Source of the DNA: Octopus sinensis
Lineage: Eukaryota
Direction: 5' to 3'
NCBI RefSeq assembly: GCF_006345805.1
Contig: NC_043000.1
Span: forward strand, 13,888,001 to 13,952,000
Length of the DNA: 64,000 nt
Shown: piece after piece, positions 48,313-60,530 of the stretch
Numbering within the stretch: the first letter of the stretch is position 1
Layout: each line of letters starts with the position of its first letter
The notes under the pieces: model-generated
What the model was told of the DNA's origin: nothing
The model's database searches: none
What the model saw: the letters and a program-made list of their open reading frames with translations, nothing else
Made by a program: the position numbers and the translations under genes

Positions 48313-51289
48313 ATTGGAAAGGACAGCTGTTCAGTAGAACTTGTTAGTGAAGAAAACTCATAAACCATTTCCTTGAAGATAAATCTCAAAATTTCGTTAA
48401 TTATCCTGATATTAGCAAATTTCACAAATGAGTTGGATGGTGGTATTTTAATTTTCTTGATGTTATGATTATATATTAAAAAAAAAAAGAAATTCATTAC
48501 ACCGGTCTCTTGGGAAATTTCTGTAAGAATAGGTTTTCTTCTGAATAAATGATCATTGCACATGTTTCCATATCTCCATTCTTACATTATTTAAGGTGAA
48601 TAATTTCTAGCAAATGTGTTCCTGATGCGATGAATTATTCATTGTGTATAATTATGTCACTTATGAATTACAGAACATATAAATAAACAGGTTTATGGCA
48701 AAGATTGTTTTGTGAAGTTTAGTGTGTTTCATCAGGATGGCTTGTAATCTTTATTCATTTCTGGAAATATTGTCCTAGTGTTCTATTGTCTTAGTGTTCA
48801 CTTTAGGTCAGCTTTAAAGTGTTAAATTAATCATAGTTTTGTCATAATAACTATGAAAATATTTTTCGTCTTTGTCTCTTCCTATTAGTAATATTTACTA
48901 TTTTAATTCCCAATTGTAGCTAGTTCTCTTACACTGCATTAATACTCAGCAATCTCCTTTCCCCCTGTCAAATCTAAGATCTAGTTTCAATGTAAAACAG
49001 TAATATTTGCTAGATTTCAAGTTTCAACTACAAAGCTTTTCTGAAGTGTAACAACTGATAGTCGGGCTTGTCTCTACATCACTGACTTGCATTGCAGATG
49101 CTTTTGTATAGTTGGAGGCAGCAGCTTTGCTTTGAATAAAAATGTTAAGTCTGCACTGACAAAGCAAACTGAAATCTGTGTTTCTGATGCCATAGTGAAA
49201 GTAAATCCATAACCTTCGTAAATAAGACATTAAATAAACTCTTATAAAACTGCTTCAGGTTAAACAAAAACTTAGAATCGCTTAATCAAAAGATTTTGCG
49301 ACTCAAAAGATTTTATTTTTTCCTAAGAATTATGTAGGTTATTTTGATAAATAGTCTGTAAGTTTCAGATACTGAACTACATGGCTATGAGTTTACCATG
49401 GCCATCATGTTTGCTAAATTGAAAAATAGGTTCTGATCCCACTTCATGGTTGAGTAATTTGCAGTAGGAAGTACACCCATCTGTAAAAATAGAGGGTAAA
49501 TGTCTAAATTTATATAAATGGTCCCACATTAGATGAGATGTAAAATGTCTTAGTATGCAATAAGATGAGAGAGCAGATTTATGAAGGCATTTGAATGGGT
49601 TAGTGCTTGTTTAATCTAAAAATAATAAAATAAGATGGGGGAAATGAGCCTGTAATTTTTTCCAGTTGGTGCATAACAGATTGTGAAGGAGAAGAATAGA
49701 AACAATTTTACACTTCATTTAAGTATCATGGCAATTGTATCTAACTGGTAACAATACAAAAGCTTGATTGTGGAAGGCAAAACAATTGAACAAGGTATCA
49801 CCACAAATGGCTGGTGTATCTACTGTACTGAACTTATTGCCAAAAATTTTATTTATTTCTTCTGTACTACTCAACGACCATTTTAATTATAAAGTATAAT
49901 TGAAGAAAACTATTGCTAAAATATCTCATGACAAATTAATTGAATTTCTCTTGAATAATCATTAAAGTGCAACACAACATATTATTAACGTTGCTTTGTT
50001 ATAAATATGGACATTTTTAGATTGCTTTATGCTTGGATATGGTAAATTCTAACTGGTTTCATTCTACATATTTCTACCTGTTAGGCATTTGGAATTGAAT
50101 GGCAGAAATTTATAAAAATTTTAATGAAATTTATTATGTTTTGAGTTCATTCAACCATTCTAATTTTTTATCTTGTTTGAAAGTAAAATAGTTTAAAGCA
50201 AGCTTTTGGGGGTTATTTTTAACCCTATGATACTTAAATCTGGATTAACCAGAAAATGTAGGTTATTTTGCATTATTAAAATTTCATTATGCTTATGAAT
50301 ATACTTTTTACATTTCATTTTTTAAAATAATTTTCATTCCGAAAATCTTAATAACACAAAGTCTTTCAATAGATTAGACCAAACTACATTAACGTTGGGA
50401 AAGCGATTTAGAATTATTTATGTTGGTAATGAAGATACAGAATTTTTGCAATTATTATCAGTAATTTGATTTATTGCCAGTGTATCTAATTAATAAGACA
50501 AGAAAAAATATATACTCTCATTCAATTCTTGCTGTTAACCTTTTGAGAAGGAATACAGTGTCTCTGTAGATATTCATCTTGGGTTGCTATCAAAGTCAGA
50601 GTTCATTCTGTCTGTTAATTTGTGTAAAGCTGTTAAATATCACAAGATGGAATTATTTATTAACTTCATTCTTCGAGTTCTCTTATTAAGGAAGACAATA
50701 ATTTTTTATTGAGCTTTAAAATATCTTGATACTGTTAAGTAATAATTTAGTATGAAGCACTAAATATCGAAAATTTAAAGGGGGAAAAAGACACTCAGAG
50801 GAGAGAGACATAGTAATATCTAATATATAATTAGTATTGTTGTTGTTGTTTACATTCCACAGCAAGCTTCTATCTAAACTGGGTCTCAACGAGAGCTTTA
50901 CTTCACAAAGTTTCTCAGAATATTATCAGTTCCCAAGAGTGTGATCTTTTGCACTGTTTGGCACAGTTTGCCTGGGAACTGCTCAAGGTGTCTGTTGAAT
51001 TCTTTTTTGAATAAAAAAAAAAAAGTACTATTTTTGTTTCAGTACCAGTATTCCGCAACAAGAAGATAGGAAGCATGAGGTGTTTTGGATTGCAAAACAG
51101 CATACCAAAGTGGTTCAGCACATTTTAGGAGAAAAGGTGTACTGAATGATAGTAATGCACTTACCCTTAGGGCTGTTGAGAAGAGGGAGAAACAAGTGAA
51201 GGTTTCTTCAAGAGGTTGCTGAATGAAAATAATACATAGGAGAGAGACAAGCTACTCCAAGTAGACCCAGCTATTGAGATAGGCATTCA

Positions 51290-52265
51290 TTCGGTTTAAA
51301 GAATGTGATCTAGAAATATGCAACTACAGAGATATTGAATTAAGGAACCAAGCAGTGAACGTAACGCTTAATTAACAATGACACACTTTGAGTGTGCCAT
51401 AAGAGTACCACTGATTTTCTCTTCCTAGTGTGACAATTACTGGAGAAGTTCTTAGATAAGAGCCAACTATTATATCTATGATTCACTGACTTGGAGATGG
51501 TCTCTTACTGGATTCCACATTTTTTAGACTTTGGTCACTAAAAAAGCTGGGTGGGGATGAATGGCATGTGAGAGTTAGCAACAAGTTGAGTAAGGGGTTT
51601 AACATGAAGGTTAGTGTCCATCAATGTTCAGTCCTTATATTCTTGTTTATTATAGTCCTCTGGCAATAAAGGTAATTCAAGATTAGTTGTCCATTGAAAC
51701 TCCTGTATGCTGATGACCTATATCGCAAAGCTGACTCAAAGAATTAGAAGAAAAGTTCCAAACATGAAAGCAACACCTAGACTTCAGAGGTCTTGTAGTA
51801 AACCTAACATGACAAATGTCCTAGTTTGCAAGGAAGAATGCAGAACTCCTCTGCCATGTGGAAAGTGGCCAAGCTCAATATACAGAAAAGATGTGGGTAG
51901 AAAGCCTGTACTGTATCCAGTGTAAATTATTGGTGCACAAGAGTTGCAGTGGGATCACAACCAGACTGAGAAAGATTTTTATATGCAGCAGATTCACAGT
52001 AGTCAGCATTAAGAATACCCAAAGAATGAATTCTATCAAATACCTGAAATGTCCTCTAAGGAGTAGTTGATTAGATGACTTAATCAGCATTGAATGTGAT
52101 TGCTTTAAGAACCAGGTGAGAAAAGTTCAGGGAACTATTTTACTGCTGGCAACAAAGGAATATTCTCTCTGAGTGAGGGGCAGATTGTTTGAAGCTTATT
52201 TACAAAGCACTATATTGTTTAATAGCAAAACATATACACTGGATGTTGAAGACATGCAAAAACTA
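51290..52265 (+). mobile_element. Decayed RTE (BovB-like) RT plus Cys-rich C-terminal region
   Basis: KLGGDEW, VHQCSVL, LLYADDL, GKWP, YCIQCKLLVHKSCSGI, FICSR, GRLFEA, VEDMQKL in shifting frames. Confidence 0.85.
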
Positions 52266-52641
52266 TTAAGAAATAGGACAAGCAGGCTCAGTTAAATGTG
52301 TAATGTTAGTGTATTTGAATATTGAGAAACAAGTAACCTGAAAGGAGAATAAAATATAGAGGAATCAACTGTTATCTGCAAGAAAGAAGACTGCATTAGT
52401 ATAGACATGTAATGCATATAAAGGACAATATTTTGAAAGAGTACGAAAAGTTCCATACAAATGGAATCTGGAAAAGGAAGAACCTCACAAAAGAGATAAC
52501 ATCTTTTTGTCATTATTTACATCAAAACCACCCAAGTATGGAAAAATAGGCGAAAGATGTTGGTGATGTTCCATATTAGGTCTTGAGCAGCAGGTCATAT
52601 TTGCTAATATTTTTGTTTTCTTTCTTTTCTTTTCCTTTTAG

Positions 52642-52707
52642 AATTCTGGATTTCCGCCATCAATATGATGGCAATCTTTGCCTTTTAATCTCGGATCCCT
52701 ATATTTG
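52642..52707 (+). CDS. Predicted internal exon (xILDFRHQYDGNLCLLISDPYI, phase 2 to 2)
   Basis: Very long pyrimidine tract ending ccttttAG; donor ttg|GTAAAT; only one frame is open; more GC-rich than its flanks. Confidence 0.7.
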
Positions 52708-54201
52708 GTAAATTTTCTGCTATGGTTCTCTGTGTATGCAATAGCGACCTACTTTGTTGTCATGTGGCTATCTATGGGACAGGCTCAAATCAATTTCTAA
52801 TCACTTTGTTTATTATATGTTCTTTCAAATAGCTTAGTGTAAGTAGCTTACTACTCGGTTGTTTGTACACTGATATTCCATTGGTGTCAACACAGGTCAA
52901 CCAGCCACTATATGGCTTAATACCTATTTGGTATTCTGCACATTCTGCATTTGCTATTAACAATCATATTTTAAATTACATTTTTAGTTCCTCTTTTTAG
53001 CTTAAGAGTTAATCAGTCATGCATAGAATACTTTTGTCATAATCATCATCGTCATTGTTGATTGAAAATACCTTCTTGTATTTCTTCTAATTCTATGTTC
53101 TGAGTTCAAATCCTCCAAGGTCAACTTTGTCTTTGAGGTCGATAAATTTCCTGTTGAATACTGGAGTTGAATTAATCTCCTAACCCAAATTCCAGGTCTT
53201 CTTTTATAAGAAATCATTAATACAAATTTTTATGATGCTCTGAATTTTATGTGTACTATCTCAGTCACATGCTAAATCTTCTGAGATTCTTCAGATTTTC
53301 ATTATTACCAGTTTCAAAATTTCTTCACTTCTTTCTGTTTTTTTTTAAGTTGATTAGGCTTGTATATATTTGTATATATTAAATACATATAAGTTTTTTG
53401 AATTTCTATTTTCTGATTGGCAATTTCAAAATTTACATATTTCTTATCATATAAAATTCAGTTATTAGTAAACATATGTTGAGTTGTCATATTGATATGT
53501 TGTCCTTAATGGAAAATTAAAAAGCTGTTTTAAATGCCCCAAAGGAGACTGATAGATACAACAGTGTGCGAATTAAAGGATATTGATAAAGTACATACCT
53601 GAATACATGAAAACTAAAAGATCTTCGTATATTTTAGCCTCAAACTACAATATATCCTACTGCATTATGAATTCTAGTAAATCTGATTATTATTTGGTGA
53701 GGTAGGAGTGGAACTCATTTTTCTGTGAACATATTACTGGCCATACACACATACATGTATGTATGTATAAAATTTGAAATTTTCATAATATATATATATA
53801 TATATATATATACTATTACATTGCAATTTTTATAATATATTTATGTAACAATAGAAAACAAATGGATGGATTATCTGGTATCACTGCAGTCATTTCATTA
53901 AGAGATTTTCTTGCATTGTAACAACATACAGGCAGGTGTGTATGAAATGCTACATCTGTAAGATATTACATAGCACAACAGAAAGTCTCTCAAATCTTCA
54001 GGCTACACCGTTGCTTAAAAGCAAATATTGATGTACTTCTTGCATATATATGTTATAATACAATAAAACCTCTTAATGAAACAATTGTAGGGATTCTGTA
54101 TAATCCATTTGTTTGTTTCTGTTGTTCTCCTCAACTTTGGATACTCTTGGAGTTGCAGATTACCAAGTGCCAGTATACTTCCTAGATTTCTTTTATTGAT
54201 T

Positions 54202-54550
54202 TGTGGCCGATGCCAGTGCCGCCCCAACTGGCTTCTGTGCCGGTGGCACATAAAAAGCACCATCCGAACGTTGCCAGCACCGCCTTGGCTGGCTTCCGTG
54301 CCGCTGGCACGTTAAAAGCTCCGACCGATTGTGGCCAATGCCGGACCCCCCTCCCCCTGGCACCTGTGCAGGTGGCACGTAAAAAGCACCCAGTACACTC
54401 GCGGAGTGGTTGGCGTTAGGAAGGGCATCCAGCCGTAGAAACTCTGCCAGATCAGACTGGAGCCTGGAGCAGCCCCTGGCTTCCCAGACCCCGGTTGAAC
54501 CGTCCAACCCGTGCTAGCACGGAAAACAGACGTTAAACGATGATGATGAT
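54202..54550 (+). mobile_element. GAT-tailed repeat (family E; probable RTE 3' UTR derivative) with three internal subrepeats
   Basis: Three units of GCCAG..CTGGC..GTGCC(n3)GGCAC..AAAAAGCACC, then AGGAAGGGCATCCAGCCGTAGAAA..GACGTTAAACGATGATGATGAT. Other copies lie near 13724-13959 (+), 17767-17960 (-), 19566-19660 (-), 38265-38500 (-), 44842-45023 (-) and 62520-62692 (+). Confidence 0.8.
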
Positions 54551-55082
54551 GTGTATGTGTGTGTGTGTAATGAATAAACCAACTATTGTTAAGATTGTCA
54601 AATTTAACTATAGAAAGAAGAAAAAAGCTCAGTCACTTATTTAATTCAGCAAGTTAGGCTTACACACACATCTAATAGATACATGGTGCTTTGAAATCCA
54701 TTTCTTTAGTTCTGATTACTTATAAATCAATAAATAAACTTCACCGACATGAGAAACTTGGTAAGATTTGCATTTTTATGTTTGGTATTTATTATGCACT
54801 AGAAAAAAAGTTATATTCTCCCAGGAATGAAATTTACATGAATACAATATCTCTTGTTTCTTTTACAGAAATGGTTTGTTTGATTTATCAGAATCCTATG
54901 GCATAAATTACTAGTTTATTATTTTAATGCTGTTACATTGCCAAAGACTATAGATCTTGGGATTTGCTTGTAGTATGTTCCTAGCAATAATGTATGATAT
55001 TTCCCCTTTTCATTACTTTCTTTTAGTTAGACCTCCTGCAATACAAATAGAATAAGATACTTCAAGTAAGTGGTGCCTACAC

Positions 55083-55383
55083 AGGCGCGGCTGTGTGGTG
55101 AGAAAGAAGCTTGCTTCCCAACCACAGTTTAATTCCGCTGCACAGCACCTAAGCCTTATGAGTGCATTTCATAGATAGAAACTGAAGGAAGCTGAACATG
55201 TGTGTCTCTTTGTGTTTCTGTTTGTCTCCTACCATCACTTGACAACTGTTGTTGGTTTGTTTACGTCCCTGTATCTTAGTGATTCAGCAAAAGAGATCAA
55301 TAGATTAAGTACCAGACTTCAAAGAAAATAAGTACTAGTGCCCCATCATGGCCACAGTCCAGTGATTAAAACTAGTTAAAGAT
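55083..55383 (+). mobile_element. SINE family A, CR1-type tail
   Basis: Head GGCGCGGCTGTGTGG, second module, tail GTGCCCCATCATGGCCACAGTC. Confidence 0.8.
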
Positions 55384-55649
55384 AACTGTTAAATACATAG
55401 CATCTTAAATCACCTATTACTAGTGTCCACATGGTGGTCCCTTAGTCTATAGAATTGTACATGTGGATTATGTATTTGATGCTTTGAACGTCACCGAAGA
55501 TTGAAATGTTAAGAAAGTAAACTACTAAACTGAAATAAACCAGAAATAATTTTTTACTTTATTTAGACCAGTGTCCATCAAAGCTAAAATAGGAAAGTTA
55601 CATTTTTTTGTTGTGATTTAAGAACTTCTTATGTTCTTTTCCTCCCCCA

Positions 55650-55687
<38 letters not shown>

Positions 55688-56999
55688 ACACACACACACA
55701 CTCATATTTTAAACTAAAACAACGTCAATAAAAACATGATCATGAAAAAAGTGGATCATGTTTCTTCTTATTTGCATTTTGTTTCTATCAATGTTCAGAA
55801 ATGAATAATTATTGTATACAAGTCAATACTCCACACAATTAAATACTTTATAGTTTATTAGAGAATTGTGTTGAGTTTCTCTAATGATAATAATTGCATA
55901 TTAAATTATCCTATTTCTTCACTCTTCTGTTGTGGCTAAAGATTATCTATAAAAATTTTGCCCATCAGCTTACCAGACACCATCATACTAAATATATTCA
56001 CTGTTGAGTTCATCACATTTATTTATAATTGATAGAGGCTCTTTTGAGAATTAACTTCTTTCACAGTTTGGTTTTCTTTATTAAAGTTCAGCCACTTATT
56101 CACCTCTTGACATAATCTCCCACCTTTAGAGTCATGCAAGAGAACTAAGAGTTTGTGGAATTCATACCTTTCTTAATAGAATCAATAATGTAAATGAGAC
56201 AAAAGAGATTCAAAATTGTGTTGCAACAAATTTAAAACTTACTACTGTTTTACAAAGTGACCAACAGTGAATAGATTAATCACAGAGTCTTAATTGAGCA
56301 ACTTAAGTGCATTGTTTCATGATCTTAGAGGTCTACCATTCACATCTATGATTGTCATTACTTATGAAGGTGGGTACCAAGAAGTGTCCACTTATCATAA
56401 TAGTTTTTGTACTCTGCAGAAAAAATTGGTATGTTAAGTTAGAAGAACTTAATGAAGTAGCAACAGTCACCCTGAAACTGAAACAGAGTTTGCCTGCAAC
56501 AGAATTAAAGAGACCACTCTGTTTTGTACCAGCTTTTATTCAGTTTTTTTTTTCTTGAAATATTTCGTCAAAGTGCTCAGTTTCTCTGTATCAGAAAGCC
56601 TATGCATCTCTGATGTAGGGAGAGGTTTTCTTTGCAAGAGGCTGACACTGGCAGTCTAAAACCACTAAGCATGTTGCTTCCATTATTTAGGTAGGTAGAA
56701 TGGGAGTGGCCTTGTAGGGATAGTCTGTTTCCTTGGTGCTGCACTACATAAGTTAACTGCTAAGGGAACTTATTCTGATAGGCTAATAGCAAATAAGCGC
56801 TGGGACTGGGAGAGTGTTTATACTGAGAAAACAGAAGGTTGTGGCTCTATATCTTTTGAAACAAAAATATATCTACGGTGTCAATGATTCATCCCAACTC
56901 TGAAGCCTGTGAAGATTTAAATTGTGAATTGTCCATTGGTGTACATGAAGTTGTGTTTTGTAGGTTAGCATAACTCTACTAGAGAATATTTTCTAAGTC

Positions 57000-58200
57000 T
57001 TTGTTCCTGGAAATAGTGCTGCATGTCTTGTATGAGGTGTCTAATTATCAATGGATGATGTGTTAAAGAGTGAAGCATTTTAGCATCTGCATAAGCATGT
57101 GTTTGGTGACAAAGAAGCATGTTAATGATTTAATCAAATCCCGAGGTAGACGATATTTAATAGGATATGAGGCAGAGAGAGCCCTGCTGATACTTCTTTG
57201 AAAGAAATGGTCTGACAGAAAACTTCCATTTTGATATAATAAGGTGAACTTACATGGGCAACTTTCCATGGAGGTTTTGGTGTTAAACATGATCAGAAGT
57301 TCTGCTAATGTTAAAGGTAGTCACATTGCCTTTACCAAACTTTCCACAAAATACAACTTGGGTGTGGAGTAGAAACGAAGACCTAAGTCTTTGTAAACCA
57401 TGTTGGTGGTCATTGAAAAGGAAGAAAACAAAAGTTCAAGGTGAAAACAAAATAGGTGATTGCTGGATGCTCTGTCACCTTTGAGATGTGAATGAGGGAA
57501 ATAGATCATAGATGGCAATGATGGGGAATGATCATCACATATTGTTAGACATTACAGAAAGGAGGAAGGGACAGAATGTTGATGGGTTTCATGAGGATAA
57601 GGAGTAACTGATTAGCATTCTGTTTGAAGGTGATATAGAGAACACTATCGGAATTAGTGTATGTGAGTGAAGGGAATTCCAAAAGTGTTTTGTTATGTGT
57701 GGGAAGAATGGAATCGAAGTCAAGTCAGTGGGTTTACCAGCAGAGATACTGAGGAATGGTGGCCATAAGGATTCTACAAAAGTTTCTAAATATTTGTTTG
57801 GCATGGGACCAGAAGTTATGGATGTTGTTCAGAAGCAAGTCAGCTTGCAAGACAAGCAATGTGAGAAAGCATCCTTTGCTTTGTGGATGATTATTTGTAT
57901 TCATTGCAGTGATAAACAAATGCCACCAAGTTGATTATGTTAGGGTATTTTCTCCAGGTATTGGGTGAACCACTCGGAGTATTTAGTATTGTGGAATTTG
58001 CTTCTGTGAATAAAGACATGGAGAAACATACTATGGAGTATAGTTTCAGTTGTATTGTTCAAAGCCCTTCCAAAGCCTTTCTGACCGAAGTTGAAACGAT
58101 AGATATTCATATTGAATTTCTGTTGGTTGATCTTCATATGGAAAATATGGACAGATTGAACTCTAAAGTGTTGGTTATTTTATGGATAAAAATTTAGTCA
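57000..58200 (-). mobile_element. Very old CR1/L2-group LINE debris
   Basis: Minus-strand remnants such as FFPHITKHFWNSL (SFFPxTxxLWNxLP-like); boundaries approximate. Confidence 0.35.
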
Positions 58201-58796
58201 AAATATATTGAGGGGTTTGGGACAGGATGAGACTAGCAACTCTAAGATGATACAAAGTCCTCCAAGAGACAGACATGGATTATAACTCATTCAAGTGCTA
58301 GCAGTTGTAATGTGTTAGTGAATGAAAGCTTGTCTATCATTTGAATGGTTGTCATCTAGGTGTAGTCAAAAACGTTCATGTGTGTCACTGCAGTATTCTA
58401 ATTTGAGATATACATGTACCTTAGAAGAAAATTTGTTCAAAGCTAACATTCCTTGATATAAATGCAGTGGTAGAATTCTAATTTAACTATTAGAATTGTA
58501 ATGTTAATTGTTAATTCATTATTCTGATTTAAAAATTACCATAATGGACTCTTCTATGTTGCAAGAAATTATCAAAAACCATTCGAATGACATCATTGAC
58601 TTTATTTATTTTTTGCTTTATCAAATTTGGTAAGGGTTAAAGTTGATTATTATCATCATTTGTTAGTTGTACAGAAAGAGATTAAATTAAATTTAGCACA
58701 TAAGTAAATCAGCCTTTTATGTCCGTTGGGTTGATGAAATTGTTATGGTCAGTGTCATCTTGCTCCAGTGTCATTTTGCACACACAACAACAACAG

Positions 58797-59168
58797 TGGA
58801 AGCGCAATGGCCCAATGATTAGGGCAGCAGACTCGTGGTCGGAGGATCGCGGTTTCGATTCCCAGACCAGGTGCTCTGTGTGTTTATTGAGCGAAAACAC
58901 CTAAAGCTCCACGTGGCTCCAGCAGGGGGTGGGTGGCAACCCCTGTTGTACTCTTTCGCTACAACTTTCTCTCACTCTTTCTTCCTGTTTCTTGTCCGTA
59001 ACTTCCTACGCAACTGCTGAGCCTGGATACACATTCATCCATCCGTCGATGCTCTCGGTGTCGGGGGTTGACCTGCTTTCTCTTCTGCAGGTCTTATGAA
59101 TAGCAAAGGACCACGTTTCAGACTTCTCCCAAGAGGATGAAAACCGCTTCGCTCAGCAGCAACAACAA
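58797..59168 (+). mobile_element. tRNA-headed SINE family D, GC-rich, single copy in the window
   Basis: A box TGGCCCAATGATTAGG, B box GGTTTCGATTCC; flanked by CAACAACAA on both sides. Confidence 0.75.
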
Positions 59169-60054
59169 TAAAGAAAATACCAAATTTGGTGTTTGTATAT
59201 GTTACTGTATGGTCTGAGTGCATTTTGTTATACAGCTGGCACTAGAAATAATGTATGTTCTTTGCAAGATGAACTAAAGTCGACTCTTGCAGTTCATATG
59301 GACAGATGCCCTTCCTATTACCAACCACTTCACAGAGTGTACCGGGTTTTATTTTATCATGCTACTGCTATTCTCTATCAGTTCTTATTCAAAGTTACTA
59401 CACTCGCATGTTTATTCTATTTTGGCATATTTTTAATGTAGTTGTTGATAGATCATCCAGCCCTTTCTATCATCAACTGCTTTATAGAATGTACAGAGTG
59501 CTTTTTACCCTGGCACTATAGTGGCTGACCTGTGTAAGATGAATTCTTATTCAGAGTTTGTTGCCTTCCTAGATGGGTCACCTGTAATATGGCTTTCAGA
59601 GTCCACATCTTATTCATATATGTGTACACACACACACCACTAATTACATGCACTGCTGTCCCTTGCAGAGCTATTTGACCCTTTTAACATTCAATTTCTA
59701 GCATAGAATAGTAATAACAAATGATCCAATGAATGAATATACCCATCAACACAACTGAATATTAAAGGCCCCAGTCACAACCACCCCTCCCTTCCATGCC
59801 AACAGTCTCATGCTGCAACTGTGCACTTACCATTCAGCCCTTGGTACCATCCTTCCATATTTTTTATTTGTTATCTGCAAGCCCATTTTCTGTCCTCCAT
59901 GTCCCTAGGGATGTGGGAAAAGTTTAAATCCTAACCATCTAACTTATTAAATGGATTAATATTAATTTCAACTTAAACATAGAAGCCTTATAAATACAAG
60001 TAAGAAAATATAAAATATTTTCCACTTGTCTTTTCTTTGTTTGCATGTTTTCAG

Positions 60055-60087
60055 CCAGCATTATTTAAATTCTACCATTTTTAGCAA
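60055..60087 (+). CDS. Predicted internal exon (CQHYLNSTIFS, phase 2 to 2)
   Basis: Acceptor ttttctttgtttgcatgttttcAG; donor caa|GTATAT; the only open frame is the one compatible with the exon at 52642. Confidence 0.5.
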
Positions 60088-60189
60088 GTATATGATGTCA
60101 CTGCCCTATTCTCTCTCTTCATTCCATCCTTTACATAATGCACTCTAACACACTGCAGGCACTAGGAAGTCTATCCTTGAAAAGACTAA

Positions 60190-60530
60190 AGGGTCCTCTC
60201 CATCTTATGCTGGCTTCAATATTCCCTTTAGTGTGGTTTTTACAGCTGGATGCCATCTCGTATTTAGATGGTGGTAGGGCTTAATTGTCAGGTATGGTGG
60301 TGGGATGGGCAAATAAGGAACCAACTAAAAAGATGACATATGTTCCTCTTAGTTCATTTGTACTTCATTGTTTAATCACACTGGTAGTCAGTAGAGCATG
60401 CACACCTCCATTCTTTCCAACTTTCACATATCCTCCACATTCAGTATCCATGAAAATTAGCAGTTCATGCACAAGCATTATACAATCTGCCATTCTCTTG
60501 GAGGAACCTTTGTTGCCTGCAGAAAGGTAA
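60190..60530 (-). mobile_element. Decayed RTE C-terminal fragment followed by RTE-type 3' motif
   Basis: Minus strand ATKG..NVEDM*KLER..STNELR, then GGCATCCAGCTGTAAAAACC, the motif shared with the GAT-tailed repeats. Confidence 0.55.

Noticed and set aside
54710-54906. Exon-like pair 54710-54760 and 54869-54906 (LITYKSINKLHRHEKL / EMVCLIYQNPMA*) with good splice signals and a 108-nt stop-free intron
   Set aside because: Phase 1 start is incompatible with the phase 2 chain and I found no bridging exon. It cannot be excluded as an alternative terminal cassette.
57695-57934. + strand ORF containing GLPAEILRNGG, resembling an RT N-terminal motif
   Set aside because: No further RT motifs in that orientation; the surrounding LINE debris reads on the minus strand.
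58797-58875. tRNA-like sequence (also the heads of SINE families A, B and C)
   Set aside because: It continues into a SINE body and lacks a complete cloverleaf acceptor stem; not a tRNA gene.
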